Positions 1-10,942 of a stretch of 57,674 bases of DNA are shown piece after piece. The notes under the pieces were generated by a model that saw nothing but the letters and a program-made list of their open reading frames with translations, was not told where the DNA came from and ran no database searches. The DNA comes from Gammaproteobacteria bacterium SCGC AG-212-F23 (GTDB taxonomy: Bacteria; Pseudomonadota; Gammaproteobacteria; DSM-16500). The translations under genes and the position numbers were made by a program. The number at the start of each line of letters is the position of its first letter. The first letter of the stretch is position 1. The stretch covers positions 1-57,674 of the forward strand of contig LSTE01000001.1 in assembly GCA_001644445.1 (NCBI GenBank), written 5' to 3'.

Positions 1-1088
1 ATGCGTTCTTCTACATCACGCTGGTTGCGAATAGAACCCATATCAATAAAGTCGATAACAATCAATCCGCCCAAGTCGCGTAAGCGTAATTGACGTGCTA
101 CTTCATCAGCTGCTTCTAAGTTGGTGGAAATAGCAGTTTCTTCAATGTCACCACCTTTGGTTGCTCGTGAAGAGTTGATATCAATCGATACTAAAGCTTC
201 AGTATGGTCAATCACAATAGATCCACCAGAAGGAAGTCTGACTTCACGTTGGAAGGCAGATTCAATTTGGCTTTCAATTTGAAAACGTGTGAAAAGCGGG
301 GTGGGATCTTTGTAAAGTTTTACACGATGAATGAAGTCAGGTCGTATTTGTCGCAAATGATTTAAGACAGCTTCATGTACGCTAGGTTCATCAATTAATA
401 CTTCATCAATATCTTTATGTAAATAATCACGGATAGCACGAATGATTGCATTGCTTTCTTGATATATCAGAAAAGGCGCCGGGCGGTTGCTGGCTTCTTT
501 GATAGCATTCCAATGTCGTAATAAAATATCCAAGTCCCATTGCAATTCCTCATGGCTGCGTCCGCTGCCTGCAGTTCGGACAATAACACCCATGCCCTCA
601 GGTAAATTAAGCGAAGAAAGATTTTGACGAAGCTCAGAGCGTTCATCACCTTCGATGCGACGAGAAATGCCGCCTGCTTTGGGGTTATTAGGCATGAGTA
701 CCAGGTAGGAACCTGGAAGAGAAATAAAAGTGGTAAGCGCCGCGCCTTTTGAGCCACGTTCCTCTTTGTCAATTTGGACAATGAGTTCTTGGCCTTCTTC
801 TAAGACTTCATTGACTGTAGGCCGCCTGCCGTGGTCTTCATAGCTGGTTTTATAACAAGAGCGACTGACCTCTTTTAGTGGAAGAAAGCCATGACGGCCC
901 TCACTAAAATCGACGAATGCAGCCTCTAGGCTGGCTTCGATGCGAGTTATTTTTGCTTTATAAATATTAGACTGTTTCTGTTCGCGAGCAGAGGATTCAA
1001 TAATTAAATCATATAAATTTTGGCCATCGGCTAACGCAATTCGCAACTCTTCGTTCTTATGAGTTGCATTAATCAACATTCTTTTCAT
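1..1088 (-). CDS. rne: Ribonuclease E, N-terminal catalytic region (gene continues beyond the left edge)
   Basis: My own minus-strand translation from ATG 1088..1086 (AGGTGA just upstream) reads [28 protein letters not shown]...RHGFLPLKE...[47 protein letters not shown]...[36 protein letters not shown]...[37 protein letters not shown]. This is collinear with E. coli RNase E. It is absent from the ORF track because the frame is open at the window edge. Confidence 0.93.
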   Translation of the reverse strand, partial: MKRMLINATHKNEELRIALADGQNLYDLIIESSAREQKQSNIYKAKITRIEASLEAAFVDFSEGRHGFLPLKEVSRSCYKTSYEDHGRRPTVNEVLEEGQELIVQIDKEERGSKGAALTTFISLPGSYLVLMPNNPKAGGISRRIEGDERSELRQNLSSLNLPEGMGVIVRTAGSGRSHEELQWDLDILLRHWNAIKEASNRPAPFLIYQESNAIIRAIRDYLHKDIDEVLIDEPSVHEAVLNHLRQIRPDFIHRVKLYKDPTPLFTRFQIESQIESAFQREVRLPSGGSIVIDHTEALVSIDINSSRATKGGDIEETAISTNLEAADEVARQLRLRDLGGLIVIDFIDMGSIRNQRDVEER

Positions 1089-1357
1089 AGTCACCTGTAA
1101 TAGTCAGGCGCCCGCTATAGGGGAGGATATCTCTCATCAAATTTTAGTAAGACATCATGTGTCTTAACATTAAGCCCGGACTGTATTTCTGCCAGACCTC
1201 GCAAATTTATACCCTGTTACCGCTGGGCGCAGTTTCATTAAAATCATAGTGATGCACATCGGTCTTCTAGTTTTTAGTGCATAGTTAAAAAAAACTTGCC
1301 TAATGCATATTTAGAGAATATACCAGTATTTTTTATCAGGATCAATGAGATAGCGTA
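1089..1357. promoter_or_regulatory. Divergent rne/rluC promoter region and probable structured rne 5' leader
   Basis: A 269-bp non-coding spacer lies between divergent rne and rluC. It holds a perfect hairpin, TAAGACA-tcatg-TGTCTTA, at 1148..1166. E. coli rne has a long autoregulatory 5' UTR. No covariance-model search was possible. Confidence 0.3.
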
Positions 1358-2299
1358 ATGAATCCATATTCAAGCTCTAAAGTACAATATTTAACCATTG
1401 ATGCTGAATTTGCTGAACAGCGAATTGACAACTATTTACTAACTCATCTGAAGGGAGTACCTAGGACGCATATCTACCGTATCTTGCGTAAAGGTGAGAT
1501 AAGAATTAACAAAAAGCGCATTGATCCTAGTTATCGTTTACAAGCAGGTGATATTTTACGGTTACCGCCCATTCGGCTGTCCGAAAAAAAACCAGTTACA
1601 CCAGGTCAAAGCTTGATAGCGTTATTGAAGGCAAGAATTCTTTATGAAGATAAACAATTGTTGATCATTAATAAACCTTCTGGTATTGCCGTGCACGCAG
1701 GCAGTGGTGTTAAATTAGGCTTAGTTGAAGCGCTAAAGACACTTTATCCTCATTCGCCACAGCTGGAACTTGCGCATCGTTTAGATGCAGATACCTCAGG
1801 ATGTTTGATTCTAGCAAAAAGACGTAGTGTATTGCGTGAATTGCACGAACTTATGCGCAATGGCAGCATTACAAAAATCTATTGGGCCCTCACCAAAGGA
1901 CATTGGCAGTCGACGGACTTGCGTGTTGATGTACCTCTATTAAAAAACCAGGTACAAGGCGGTGAAAGAATCGTTAAAGTTGCTAAAGAGGGTAAGACAT
2001 CGCTGACCCTGTTTAAACCGCTGAAAACATATACCAATGCCTCTTTAGTTGAGGCAGCCTTACACACAGGTCGGACACATCAAATTCGCGTGCATGCTCA
2101 ATACAAAAAACATCCCGTAGCGGGTGATGAGAAATACGGTGATAAACTTTTTAATAAACAAATGCGTCAACTGGGGTTAAAGCGTATGTTTTTGCATGCT
2201 TATTTACTTGACTTTATTTTGCCTTCTACCGGGCAAACCGTTAGGGTCCAGGCACCCTTGGATAAGGACCTGCAAGAATGTCTGGACATGTTATCTTGA
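1358..2299 (+). CDS. rluC: 23S rRNA pseudouridine synthase, RluA family (RluC-like)
   Basis: 313 aa. It has an S4 domain (RIDNYLL..GVPRTHIYRILRKGEIRINKKR), the catalytic motif HRLDADTSGCLILAK and GRTHQIRVH. It is divergent from rne, as in E. coli. Confidence 0.9.
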   Translation: MNPYSSSKVQYLTIDAEFAEQRIDNYLLTHLKGVPRTHIYRILRKGEIRINKKRIDPSYRLQAGDILRLPPIRLSEKKPVTPGQSLIALLKARILYEDKQLLIINKPSGIAVHAGSGVKLGLVEALKTLYPHSPQLELAHRLDADTSGCLILAKRRSVLRELHELMRNGSITKIYWALTKGHWQSTDLRVDVPLLKNQVQGGERIVKVAKEGKTSLTLFKPLKTYTNASLVEAALHTGRTHQIRVHAQYKKHPVAGDEKYGDKLFNKQMRQLGLKRMFLHAYLLDFILPSTGQTVRVQAPLDKDLQECLDMLS

Positions 2300-2320
2300 G
2301 CAGCATAAAATCGCGCCCTT

Positions 2321-2836
2321 ATGCCTAAACAACAACTTGCTGATATTGTTAATCCTTTTCGTCTGGCAGAGAATCGTGCGGAGATGCAAGGTGTGTTTTT
2401 GGCTAAAAATATGCCAAGATTTGCTGAAAGCTTGGCAAGCCCTGATGGTGAAATTGCAGTTGATATTGCATTTGGACGGGATGAGCAAGGTGATACCTTC
2501 ATGAAAGGTACTTGCAAAGCGAATGTACAATTACATTGTCAGCGTTGTATGGAACCCTATATTTGTGAAATAATAAGTCGTTTTAAGTTTGGGTTAGTTG
2601 TTTCTGAAGAAAAAGCAGATAACCTTGCTAAAAGCTATGACCCATTGGTGGTCATAGATGATGAGCTTTTTCTTAAGGATGTTATAGAGGATGAGTTAAT
2701 CATTCATTTACCTATTGTTCCTATGCATAGTGAAGATAAATGCAAGGTGAGATTGCCTATAGAAACCAGCGAACAAGAGAGTAATAACAATCCTTTTAAA
2801 GTAATTGAGATACTAAAGAGTAAAAGCATAAAGTAA
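2321..2836 (+). CDS. yceD: YceD/DUF177 family protein (large-subunit rRNA accumulation protein)
   Basis: 171-aa acidic protein with a CQRCMEPY Cys pair. It sits directly upstream of rpmF, the conserved yceD-rpmF-plsX arrangement. Confidence 0.85.
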   Translation: MPKQQLADIVNPFRLAENRAEMQGVFLAKNMPRFAESLASPDGEIAVDIAFGRDEQGDTFMKGTCKANVQLHCQRCMEPYICEIISRFKFGLVVSEEKADNLAKSYDPLVVIDDELFLKDVIEDELIIHLPIVPMHSEDKCKVRLPIETSEQESNNNPFKVIEILKSKSIK

Positions 2837-2855
2837 TTTTTTTGAGGAATTTAAA

Positions 2856-3059
2856 ATGGCTGTTCAGAAAAGTCGTAAATCTCGTTCAACTCGTGGTATG
2901 CGTAGATCGCATGATGCTTTGACTACGTCTGCGTTGTCTGTTGATATTGCAACAGGTGAAACGCATCGTCGTCATCATGTCAGTCCAGATGGTTATTACA
3001 AAGGCCGTCAGGTCGTTGTTAAAAAACCTATCGTTGAAGAAGATAGCGGCGAAGAGTAA
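2856..3059 (+). CDS. rpmF: 50S ribosomal protein L32
   Basis: [22 protein letters not shown] is the canonical L32 N-terminus. AGGAAT lies upstream. 67 aa with an acidic tail. Confidence 0.95.
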   Translation: MAVQKSRKSRSTRGMRRSHDALTTSALSVDIATGETHRRHHVSPDGYYKGRQVVVKKPIVEEDSGEE

Positions 3060-3064
3060 ATCAC

Positions 3065-4084
3065 TTGAAGCCAATAACCATCGCAGTGGATGCAATGGGG
3101 GGAGATCATGGGCCCTCAGTCACGGTGCCTGCGGCATTGCAGGCTTTGCTTGAGCATGAAGTATTGCAGCTAATCTTGGTAGGTGATGAGGCTGTTTTGC
3201 GCACTGAATTACAGAAAAGGCAAGTACAACCCTCTCCCAGATTAGTGATACAACATGCTTCACAACGTGTAGAAATGAATGAATCCCCTTCGCAGGCATT
3301 GCGCAGCAAAAAAGATTCTTCTATGCGTGTTGCTATTAATCTGGTTAAAGAAGGCAGAGCACAAGCGTGTGTTAGCGCGGGCAACACAGGTGCTTTGATG
3401 GCAACAGCGCGTTTTGTTTTAAAAACATTACCTGGGATTGATCGTCCTGCGATTATTTCTACTTTTCCTACACTCAAAGGCAATAAAAATATGCGCATGC
3501 TAGATCTAGGTGCGAATGTAGATTCTACACCCGAAAATCTTTTGCAATTCGCTGTGATGGGTTCACTTCTTGCTTCAGCAGTTGATGGGGTTGAACGTCC
3601 AGCTGTTTATCTTTTAAATATTGGCGAAGAAGATATTAAGGGTAATGAATTAGTTAAAAGTGCTGCAAATTTATTGGCGAATTCTCAGGTGATTCATTAT
3701 GCAGGTTTTATTGAGGGAGATCATCTTTTTAAAGGTGATGCAGATGTAGTGGTTTGTGATGGCTTTGTTGGTAATGTTGCTCTTAAAGCCAGCGAAGGTA
3801 TTGCAAGTTTTATTCTTAAATTGCTAAAAGACGCATTTAATCGTAATTGGTTAACGCGATTAGCGGGTCTTATTACGCTTCCCGTTTTGAAATCTTTAGC
3901 AAAACGCGTTGATCCCGATCGTTATAACGGTGCTAGTCTTTTAGGTTTGCAAGGTATTGTGATTAAAAGTCATGGGAGTGCGAAAGTAGAAGCGTTTTCC
4001 CATGCGATTGCAGAAGCTATTGTCGAAGTTGACAAAAATATTTTGCAAACGATTAGTAAACAAGTCGAACAACTTTTAAATTAA
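3065..4084 (+). CDS. plsX: Phosphate acyltransferase PlsX
   Basis: TTG start. Contains the [12 protein letters not shown] motif. 339 aa, positioned between rpmF and fabH. Confidence 0.93.
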   Translation: MKPITIAVDAMGGDHGPSVTVPAALQALLEHEVLQLILVGDEAVLRTELQKRQVQPSPRLVIQHASQRVEMNESPSQALRSKKDSSMRVAINLVKEGRAQACVSAGNTGALMATARFVLKTLPGIDRPAIISTFPTLKGNKNMRMLDLGANVDSTPENLLQFAVMGSLLASAVDGVERPAVYLLNIGEEDIKGNELVKSAANLLANSQVIHYAGFIEGDHLFKGDADVVVCDGFVGNVALKASEGIASFILKLLKDAFNRNWLTRLAGLITLPVLKSLAKRVDPDRYNGASLLGLQGIVIKSHGSAKVEAFSHAIAEAIVEVDKNILQTISKQVEQLLN

Positions 4085-4099
4085 TAGTGATCTTTATTT

Positions 4100-5050
4100 A
4101 TGATTTATACAAAAATTTTAGGCACTGGCAGTTATCTTCCCGAAAAAATTCTAACAAACTTTGAATTAGAAAAAATGGTAGATACTACCAATGAATGGAT
4201 AGTGGAACGTACCGGTATTCACGAACGCAGAATAGCAGCGTCCAACGAAACAGCAGCAACGATGGCAGAGCAAGCAGCAAAACAAGCAATGTTGGCGGCA
4301 GGTATTTCAGCGCGCGATTTAGATATGATTATCGTAGCAACGACCACACCTGAAAAAGTTTTTCCAAGTACTGCATGTTTATTGCAACAACGTTTTGGTA
4401 TTGCAAATTGCGCAGCATTCGATTTGAATTCGGCTGCGTGTTCTGGTTTTATTTATGGGTTAAGTATCGCAGATCAATTTATTCGTAATGGTAATGCCAA
4501 ACATATTTTATTAATTGGCAGCGAAGTAATGTCTAGTATTGTCGATTGGACAGATAGAACAACGTGTATTTTGTTTGGCGATGGTGCGGGTGCAGTTGTA
4601 TTAGGGCCTAGTGATGCACCAGGTGTTATTTGTACGCGTTTGCATGCAGATGGTAATCATAAAGATATTTTATCATTGAGTTCTCAAGAAAAAAATGCCA
4701 AACCCTGTATCAAAATGGCAGGTAATAGTGTTTTTAAATTGGCGGTGAACATGCTGGGTGATTTATTTGATGAAACACTTGCAGCAGCTCATTTAAAAAA
4801 ATCAGATATTCATTGGTTGGTTCCCCATCAAGCTAATATTCGTATCATTCAATCTATGGCAAAGAAACTAGAGCTGCCAATGGAGCGTGTTACTATTACA
4901 CTAGATAAACAAGGCAATACATCCAGCGCATCGATTCCACTTGCATTAGACCAGGCAGTGCGTACAAGGCAAATAAAGCGGGGTGAAATATTAATGCTTG
5001 AAGCATTTGGTGGCGGGTTGGCTTGGGGATCGGCGTTATTGAAATTTTAG
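4100..5050 (+). CDS. fabH: 3-oxoacyl-ACP synthase III
   Basis: 316 aa. Active-site Cys in NSAACSGFIYGL, plus HQANIRI and GNTSSASIP. Confidence 0.95.
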   Translation: MIYTKILGTGSYLPEKILTNFELEKMVDTTNEWIVERTGIHERRIAASNETAATMAEQAAKQAMLAAGISARDLDMIIVATTTPEKVFPSTACLLQQRFGIANCAAFDLNSAACSGFIYGLSIADQFIRNGNAKHILLIGSEVMSSIVDWTDRTTCILFGDGAGAVVLGPSDAPGVICTRLHADGNHKDILSLSSQEKNAKPCIKMAGNSVFKLAVNMLGDLFDETLAAAHLKKSDIHWLVPHQANIRIIQSMAKKLELPMERVTITLDKQGNTSSASIPLALDQAVRTRQIKRGEILMLEAFGGGLAWGSALLKF

Positions 5051-5062
5051 GGGTGACTCATC

Positions 5063-6013
5063 ATGTTAGGATTTGTTTTTCCTGGGCAAGGTTCTCAATC
5101 ATTAGGTATGTTGAGTGATATTGCGCACTCTTTTCCAAGCGTCGAAAAAACATTTGCGGAAGCATCAACAGTTTTAAATTATGATTTGTGGAAATTAATA
5201 CAACAAGGTCCGACAGAAGAACTCGATAAAACAATTCATACGCAACCGGCTTTGCTAACGGCTTCCTATGCATTATGGCGTATTGTGCAATCGCACATGA
5301 AAATAAAACCTGTATTATTAGCAGGGCATAGCCTAGGTGAATACACAGCATTAGTTTGTGCAGAGGCTATGTCATTTACGGATGCAGTAAAAGTAGTTGC
5401 TGCACGCGGTCAATATATGCAAGAAGCATCTCCTGCAGGTCAAGGTGCGTTGGCTGCCATCGTAGGTTTGGATGATGCCACTGTTGCTGAACTTTGCCAG
5501 AAAGCCATATTAAAAAACGAAGTATTAGCACCTGCAAATTATAATAGCCCTGGTCAAGTGGTTATAGCAGGTCATACAGAAGCAGTTGAACGTGCAATGA
5601 TTTTAGCGAAAGAATCGGGTGCGCGTCTCGCAAAAATTTTGCCAGTGAGTGTACCGTCCCATTGTTTTTTAATGAAGCCTGCGGCAGAGCGTTTGCAAAA
5701 AATGTTAAATAACATCGCTTTTTCTCAACCCAATATTCCAGTGATTAATAATGTAGATGTCGCGATTTATCAAAATGCAGAAATGATTCGTGATGGTTTA
5801 GTAAAGCAATTATTTATGCCTGTTCGTTGGGTAGATACCGTTAAAAAATTTGTGACAACAGGTATTTCCTCTATTGTAGAATGTGGGCCAGGAAAAGTAT
5901 TAAATGGGTTGAATAAGCGTATTGCTCCAGAAATGCAGTTGATTAACATCAATGAGCTAACAAGTTTACAGACTTTCATAGGGGGTCAGGAATGTCTCAT
6001 CAAGGTAAAATAG
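5063..6013 (+). CDS. fabD: Malonyl-CoA:ACP transacylase
   Basis: Contains the FPGQGSQ and GHSLGEY motifs. Its 3' end overlaps the fabG start by 22 nt. Confidence 0.95.
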   Translation: MLGFVFPGQGSQSLGMLSDIAHSFPSVEKTFAEASTVLNYDLWKLIQQGPTEELDKTIHTQPALLTASYALWRIVQSHMKIKPVLLAGHSLGEYTALVCAEAMSFTDAVKVVAARGQYMQEASPAGQGALAAIVGLDDATVAELCQKAILKNEVLAPANYNSPGQVVIAGHTEAVERAMILAKESGARLAKILPVSVPSHCFLMKPAAERLQKMLNNIAFSQPNIPVINNVDVAIYQNAEMIRDGLVKQLFMPVRWVDTVKKFVTTGISSIVECGPGKVLNGLNKRIAPEMQLININELTSLQTFIGGQECLIKVK

Positions 6014-6735
6014 CATTAGTGACCGGAGCAAGCCGTGGTATTGGCAAGGCCATCGCGATAGCATTGGGGCATCAGGGTGCAACGATTATTGGCACAGCTA
6101 CAACACAACAAGGTGCTGATAAGATTACTCAAGCTTTGCAAACAGAAGGCATTAAAGGTTGTGGTGTCCTATTGGATGTGATTTCAGACGAATCTATCCA
6201 AAAAACCATAGAATTTATCAAAGATTCTTACGCAATGCCGGCTATTTTGGTTAACAATGCGGCGGTAACCCGAGATAATCTTTTTTTACGAATGAAAGAA
6301 GATGAATGGGATGCAGTGATCGCAACGAATTTAACTTCACTTTTTAGGCTTACTAAATTGTGTTTACGCGATATGATTAAGGCCCGTTGGGGTAGAATCA
6401 TTAGTATTGGTTCAGTGGTGGGTTCAACAGGGAACCCTGGTCAGGCAAATTATGCTGCAGCTAAAGCAGGGCTATTAGGTTTTACCAAAGCACTTGCCCA
6501 GGAAGTGGGTTCAAGAGATGTTACCGTGAATGCTATTGCTCCTGGGTTTATTGATACCGATATGACGCGTAGTTTATCTGAAGACCAACGTCAGGTATTA
6601 TTACAGCGCATTCCTATGCAGCGTTTAGGCTTGCCTGAAGATATTGCCCAAGCAGTGGTATTTTTGGCTTCCGAGGCTGCAGGATACGTAACTGGACAAA
6701 CTTTGCACGTTAATGGTGGAATGTACATGCCATAA
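5992..6735 (+). CDS. fabG: 3-oxoacyl-ACP reductase
   Basis: SDR motifs TGASRGIGKAIA, NNAA and YAAAK. 247 aa. Confidence 0.95.
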   Translation: MSHQGKIALVTGASRGIGKAIAIALGHQGATIIGTATTQQGADKITQALQTEGIKGCGVLLDVISDESIQKTIEFIKDSYAMPAILVNNAAVTRDNLFLRMKEDEWDAVIATNLTSLFRLTKLCLRDMIKARWGRIISIGSVVGSTGNPGQANYAAAKAGLLGFTKALAQEVGSRDVTVNAIAPGFIDTDMTRSLSEDQRQVLLQRIPMQRLGLPEDIAQAVVFLASEAAGYVTGQTLHVNGGMYMP

Positions 6736-6806
6736 CGTAAAAATCTGTTTGCAAGTGTTAACATTTTAAATAAACTACCATTTTTATTAAAAGGGAAGGA
6801 TGAGTT

Positions 6807-7058
6807 ATGAGTACCGTAGAAGCACGTGTCAAAAAGATTGTTGTTGAACAACTCGGTGTTAAAGAAGATGAAGTATCCAATGATGCATCTTTTGTTGATG
6901 ATTTAGGTGCGGACTCTTTAGATACTGTTGAATTAGTAATGGCACTCGAAGAAGAATTTGAAACTGAAATTCCAGACGAAGATGCAGAAAAAATTACAAC
7001 CATTCAACAAGCAATTGACTACATCAATGCCCATATTAAAGAGCGTTCAAACGGCTAA
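6807..7058 (+). CDS. acpP: Acyl carrier protein
   Basis: Phosphopantetheine site [31 protein letters not shown] lies upstream. Confidence 0.97.
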   Translation: MSTVEARVKKIVVEQLGVKEDEVSNDASFVDDLGADSLDTVELVMALEEEFETEIPDEDAEKITTIQQAIDYINAHIKERSNG

Positions 7059-7069
7059 GGTGGATTGAG

Positions 7070-8320
7070 GTGAATGTCGTGGGTAGAAAGCGTATTGTTG
7101 TAACAGGTCTAGGTATGGTCACGCCCTTAGGTCTTAATGTGGACGATACCTGGAAAGCTATACTGGCAGGACGAAGTAGTATTGATGTAATCGATCACTT
7201 TGATCCTGAGGGTTTAAGTTGCCGTATTTGTAGTCGGGTAAAAAACTTTGATCCGCTGGTTTACATGTCAGAAAAAGAAGCGCGAAAAAAAGATACTTTT
7301 ATCCAGTTCGGTATAGCAGCTGCTGTTCAAGCCATTCAAGACGCTGGTTTACAAGTGACGGAAAGTAATGCCCACCGCATTGGTCTTGCTATCGGTTCTG
7401 GTATTGGCGGTTTACCGCTTATCGAAAAATGCCACGAGATTTTATTGGCGTCAGGCCCAAGAAAAGTCACGCCTTTTTTCATTCCTGGTGCTCTTATTAA
7501 TTTAATCGCAGGTAATGTTGCTATTATGTATGGCATGTCTGGGCCCAATATTGCAGTTGTGAGTGCTTGTACGACCGGGACACACAATATTGGTCTTGCT
7601 GCTCGCATGATCACCTATGGCGATGCTGATGTCATGATTGCAGGTGGTGCTGAGATGGCTACTACCAAATTAGGTATTGGTGGATTTGCCTCTATGCGTG
7701 CTTTGTCGACACGTAATGATGCGCCTCAGAAAGCAAGTCGCCCTTGGGATAGAGACCGTGATGGTTTTGTACTCGGCGATGGTGCGGGCGTTATTGTTTT
7801 AGAAAGTTATGAGCACGCTAAAAAACGCGGCGCAAAAATTTATGCCGAATTAGTAGGCTTTGGCATGAGTGATGATGCGACTCATATTACTACGCCACAT
7901 CCTCAAGGTTTAGGCGCAGCAGCTGCGACGACGAATGCACTCAATGACGCGGGGATGAATCCAGAAGATGTTGATTATGTCAATGCTCATGCAACTTCAA
8001 CACCTGCAGGTGATGAGTTGGAAGTCTTAGCGATTAAACGTAGTTTTGGTGATCATGCTTATAAATTAGCAATCAGTTCTACCAAATCGATGATGGGACA
8101 TTTGCTAGGTGCTGCAGGTTCTGTTGAAGCTATTTTTTCAATTTTAGCGATTCGCGATCAAGTTGCGCCACCCACAATTAATTTGGATAATCCTAGTGAA
8201 AATTGCGATTTGAATTTTGTTCCACACACAGCACAAGAGATGCGAATCAGAGCTGCAATTTCTAACTCATTTGGTTTTGGCGGAACAAACGGTACCTTAT
8301 TGTTTAAAGAATTTGAATAG
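7070..8320 (+). CDS. fabF: 3-oxoacyl-ACP synthase II
   Basis: GTG start 5 nt after GGTGGA. Contains RIVVTGLG, active-site [15 protein letters not shown] and GHLLGAAG. Confidence 0.95.
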   Translation: MNVVGRKRIVVTGLGMVTPLGLNVDDTWKAILAGRSSIDVIDHFDPEGLSCRICSRVKNFDPLVYMSEKEARKKDTFIQFGIAAAVQAIQDAGLQVTESNAHRIGLAIGSGIGGLPLIEKCHEILLASGPRKVTPFFIPGALINLIAGNVAIMYGMSGPNIAVVSACTTGTHNIGLAARMITYGDADVMIAGGAEMATTKLGIGGFASMRALSTRNDAPQKASRPWDRDRDGFVLGDGAGVIVLESYEHAKKRGAKIYAELVGFGMSDDATHITTPHPQGLGAAAATTNALNDAGMNPEDVDYVNAHATSTPAGDELEVLAIKRSFGDHAYKLAISSTKSMMGHLLGAAGSVEAIFSILAIRDQVAPPTINLDNPSENCDLNFVPHTAQEMRIRAAISNSFGFGGTNGTLLFKEFE

Positions 8321-8328
8321 GTGCCTAC

Positions 8329-9405
8329 GTGACTAAACAGCGCATCTATTTAGTGCTGGCGGTTGGGGTTCTTGCTGTAATAATACGTTTATTAGTTTTT
8401 GTTTTTATGCCTGTTGTTCATGATACAGCAGGTGTGAAATATCTCGTTTCACCTGGTATGACTTTTCAAACGGTTGTTACTGATCTAAATCAACAAAAAA
8501 TTATTACCCATCCTTTTTTATTTGAATCTCTCATTGTGTTACGTGGCGCAACCCATCGTTTAAAAAAAGGCGAATATCTATTCCGTCAAGGTTCTACTCC
8601 TTTAACAATGATTAATCAAATGATGACAGGTACAGGTTTGGTGCAATATGAGTTTACACTGGTTGCGGGATGGAATATCACACAAGTAAAAAATGCGTTA
8701 GCAAAAGAAAGTGTTTTACGTCACTCAATAGAACACATGAGTGACAAAGAAGTAATGGATAAATTAGAATTACCGAACGATTTTTCCCCCTTTGAAAAAG
8801 AGGGGTCCATGGAGGGAATGTTTTTTCCAGAAACATATTTTTATACTAGAGGTTCGTCAGATATAGGATTGCTAAAACGCGCATTGCGTTTGATGAAGAA
8901 TAAATTAGATAAAGCATGGATTAACAGAGATGTCGACCTTCCTTTTGAAACACCATACCAAGTATTAATTGTCGCATCACTAGTTGAAAAGGAAACGGCG
9001 GTACCCGCTGAGCGCGCTATTATTGCGGGTGTTATTATCAATCGTCTTAAGCATAATATGTTATTACAAATTGATCCTACTGTGATTTATGGGTTAGGAT
9101 CGCGTTATACTGGCAAGATTCGTAAAGAAAATTTGCAAGATAAGAGCCCTTATAATACTTATCTTAACAAAGGGTTGCCTCCTTCGCCGATCGCAATGCC
9201 TAGCATGGAAGCGTTACTTGCTGTTTTACATCCGCAACACAATGATTACTTTTATTACGTTGCAAAAGGTGATGGGACACATATTTTTTCAAAATCTTTA
9301 GTTGAACATCGTGCTGCGATACAAGAGGTCAAAAAAACAGTAGGGCGTCGTCCCGCGGCTTGTCCGCGGGATCCAGCTTGTTTATCAGTAAAGGATAAGC
9401 TATGA
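8329..9405 (+). CDS. mltG: Endolytic murein transglycosylase MltG (YceG family), with a repeat-derived C-terminal tail
   Basis: GTG start and an N-terminal TM helix. YceG motifs are VEKET, QIDPTVIYG and YNTYLNKGLPPSPIAMP. The last ~20 codons run through repeat module A (see findings). Confidence 0.88.
   Translation: MTKQRIYLVLAVGVLAVIIRLLVFVFMPVVHDTAGVKYLVSPGMTFQTVVTDLNQQKIITHPFLFESLIVLRGATHRLKKGEYLFRQGSTPLTMINQMMTGTGLVQYEFTLVAGWNITQVKNALAKESVLRHSIEHMSDKEVMDKLELPNDFSPFEKEGSMEGMFFPETYFYTRGSSDIGLLKRALRLMKNKLDKAWINRDVDLPFETPYQVLIVASLVEKETAVPAERAIIAGVIINRLKHNMLLQIDPTVIYGLGSRYTGKIRKENLQDKSPYNTYLNKGLPPSPIAMPSMEALLAVLHPQHNDYFYYVAKGDGTHIFSKSLVEHRAAIQEVKKTVGRRPAACPRDPACLSVKDKL
9346..9376. repeat. Module A palindromic end (CGTCGTCCCGCGGCTTGTCCGCGGGATCCAG), solo copy inside the mltG 3' end
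   Basis: Exact 31-nt match to copies at 13780, 40714, 44472, 47457 and 48060. It has an internal 7-bp stem, CCCGCGG-cttgt-CCGCGGG. Confidence 0.95.
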
Positions 9406-10025
9406 ATTTTATCACCATCGAAGGCATCGAAGGCGTAGGCAAAACCACTGCCATGAAATTCGCAGAATCTTTTTTCCAAACCCATAAAAAAGACTTTATT
9501 CTCACTCGTGAACCTGGCGGTACAGCCATCGCGGAACAAATTCGCCAAATTCTTTTGACACCAGAAACAACAGTAGAAGCAATCACTGCCAATACAGAAC
9601 TATTGTTAATGTTTGCTGCGCGTGCTCAACATATTCAATATGTGATTAAACCTGCTTTGCAAACAGGGAAATGGGTCATTAGTGATCGTTATGTTGATGC
9701 GAGTTTTGCCTATCAAGGCGGTGGTCGTGGTATTTCCGAAAACACCATTGCATTTTTAGAAGAATGGATTGTCGCAGACATTTTACCGGTTGCGACGATT
9801 ATATTAGATGCCCCAGCTGAAATTGGTTTAGCAAGGGCGAAAAATAGAAGCGCTCACGATAGAATAGAACAAGAGAAGGTTGATTTTTTTGTAAGAGTGC
9901 GCGAAGCTTATCTAATGCATGCTCGTAAAAACCCGCATCGTTACTATATCATTGATGCAACAAAACCTTTAGAGAGCGTAGAGCAGGCGCTAATCCAAGT
10001 ATTTACCAAGGTAGTATTGAAATGA
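9402..10025 (+). CDS. tmk: Thymidylate kinase
   Basis: P-loop IEGIEGVGKTT, REPGGT and DRY. Its start overlaps the mltG stop (ATGA). Confidence 0.93.
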   Translation: MNFITIEGIEGVGKTTAMKFAESFFQTHKKDFILTREPGGTAIAEQIRQILLTPETTVEAITANTELLLMFAARAQHIQYVIKPALQTGKWVISDRYVDASFAYQGGGRGISENTIAFLEEWIVADILPVATIILDAPAEIGLARAKNRSAHDRIEQEKVDFFVRVREAYLMHARKNPHRYYIIDATKPLESVEQALIQVFTKVVLK

Positions 10026-10942
10026 TTTATCCATGGCAGCAATCACAGTGGCAACAATTTAATGATATGCAAAAAAATCGCATACCACATGCGTTGTTAT
10101 TGCTAGGTAAGCCAGGCTTAGGTAAAAAATCATTTGCTGAAATGATGGCAAAAACACTTTTATGTGAACAAGCTAATGACGTTGCTTGTGATCATTGCCA
10201 TTCATGCTCTTTATTTCAAGCGAATACACATCCTGATTTTAAAAGTATTTCGCCAGAAGAATCTGCATCTATGATTAAGATTGATCAGATTCGTGATGTT
10301 ACACATTTTGTTTATGAAACCGCACAACAGAGCAAAAATCGTGTTGTCGTGATTGATCCTGCTACACGTATGAATATACAGTCCATGAATGCCTTGTTAA
10401 AAACCTTAGAAGAACCAGCACCACATGTTGTTATTATTTTAACAGCAGAGCAGTCACTACGGTTGCCAGCAACGATCACTAGTCGCTGCCAAAAAATTAT
10501 TTTTCATGCACCTGCCGAAAAAGTAGCATTAGCATGGTCAGAAGATTTAACAGTAGAAGCCCTAGAGTTAGCAGAAGGCGCACCTTTAAAAGCACTAGCA
10601 ATGATCAAGGAAAATCAATTAACGGTAAAAAAAGAGTTATATCAAGGATTAATAGATTTAGCTCAAGATAAAGCAGATCCTTTACAACTTGCATTGAAAT
10701 ACCAAGAAATGGATCTACGCTTTATACTAGATCTATTATTCATTTGGGTAAAAGGATTGTTGCGTGCTCAGTTGCAGGCGGTACACGAATTTCCATTTAA
10801 AAAATTGAAAAGCAGTCAATTGGTTGAATACAGTCATTATATTCAAAAAATATATGAATATGTTTTTGCATCTGTTAACTTAAATAAACAATTATTACTA
10901 GAAGACTTATTTATACGGTGGAAACAATATGTATCTGGTTGA
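10022..10942 (+). CDS. holB: DNA polymerase III delta' subunit
   Basis: Contains GKPGLGKKSFA, the Zn module CDHCHSCSLF, TLEEP and SRCQ. It follows tmk, as in E. coli. Confidence 0.85.
   Translation: MIYPWQQSQWQQFNDMQKNRIPHALLLLGKPGLGKKSFAEMMAKTLLCEQANDVACDHCHSCSLFQANTHPDFKSISPEESASMIKIDQIRDVTHFVYETAQQSKNRVVVIDPATRMNIQSMNALLKTLEEPAPHVVIILTAEQSLRLPATITSRCQKIIFHAPAEKVALAWSEDLTVEALELAEGAPLKALAMIKENQLTVKKELYQGLIDLAQDKADPLQLALKYQEMDLRFILDLLFIWVKGLLRAQLQAVHEFPFKKLKSSQLVEYSHYIQKIYEYVFASVNLNKQLLLEDLFIRWKQYVSG

Noticed and set aside
467-781. 104-aa minus-strand ORF in the track
   Set aside because: It lies in a different frame inside the clearly homologous rne coding sequence. Its low-complexity translation has no motif, so it is spurious.
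2196-2530. Cluster of 79-105-aa ORFs on both strands over the rluC end and yceD start
   Set aside because: They overlap well-supported rluC and yceD frames and have odd composition. They are chance ORFs.
9255-9592. Minus-strand ORFs of 87 and 97 aa spanning the mltG/tmk junction, one containing LDPADKPRDD
   Set aside because: They are antisense to mltG and tmk. The frames are kept open only because they read through the stop-free GC-rich module A repeat.
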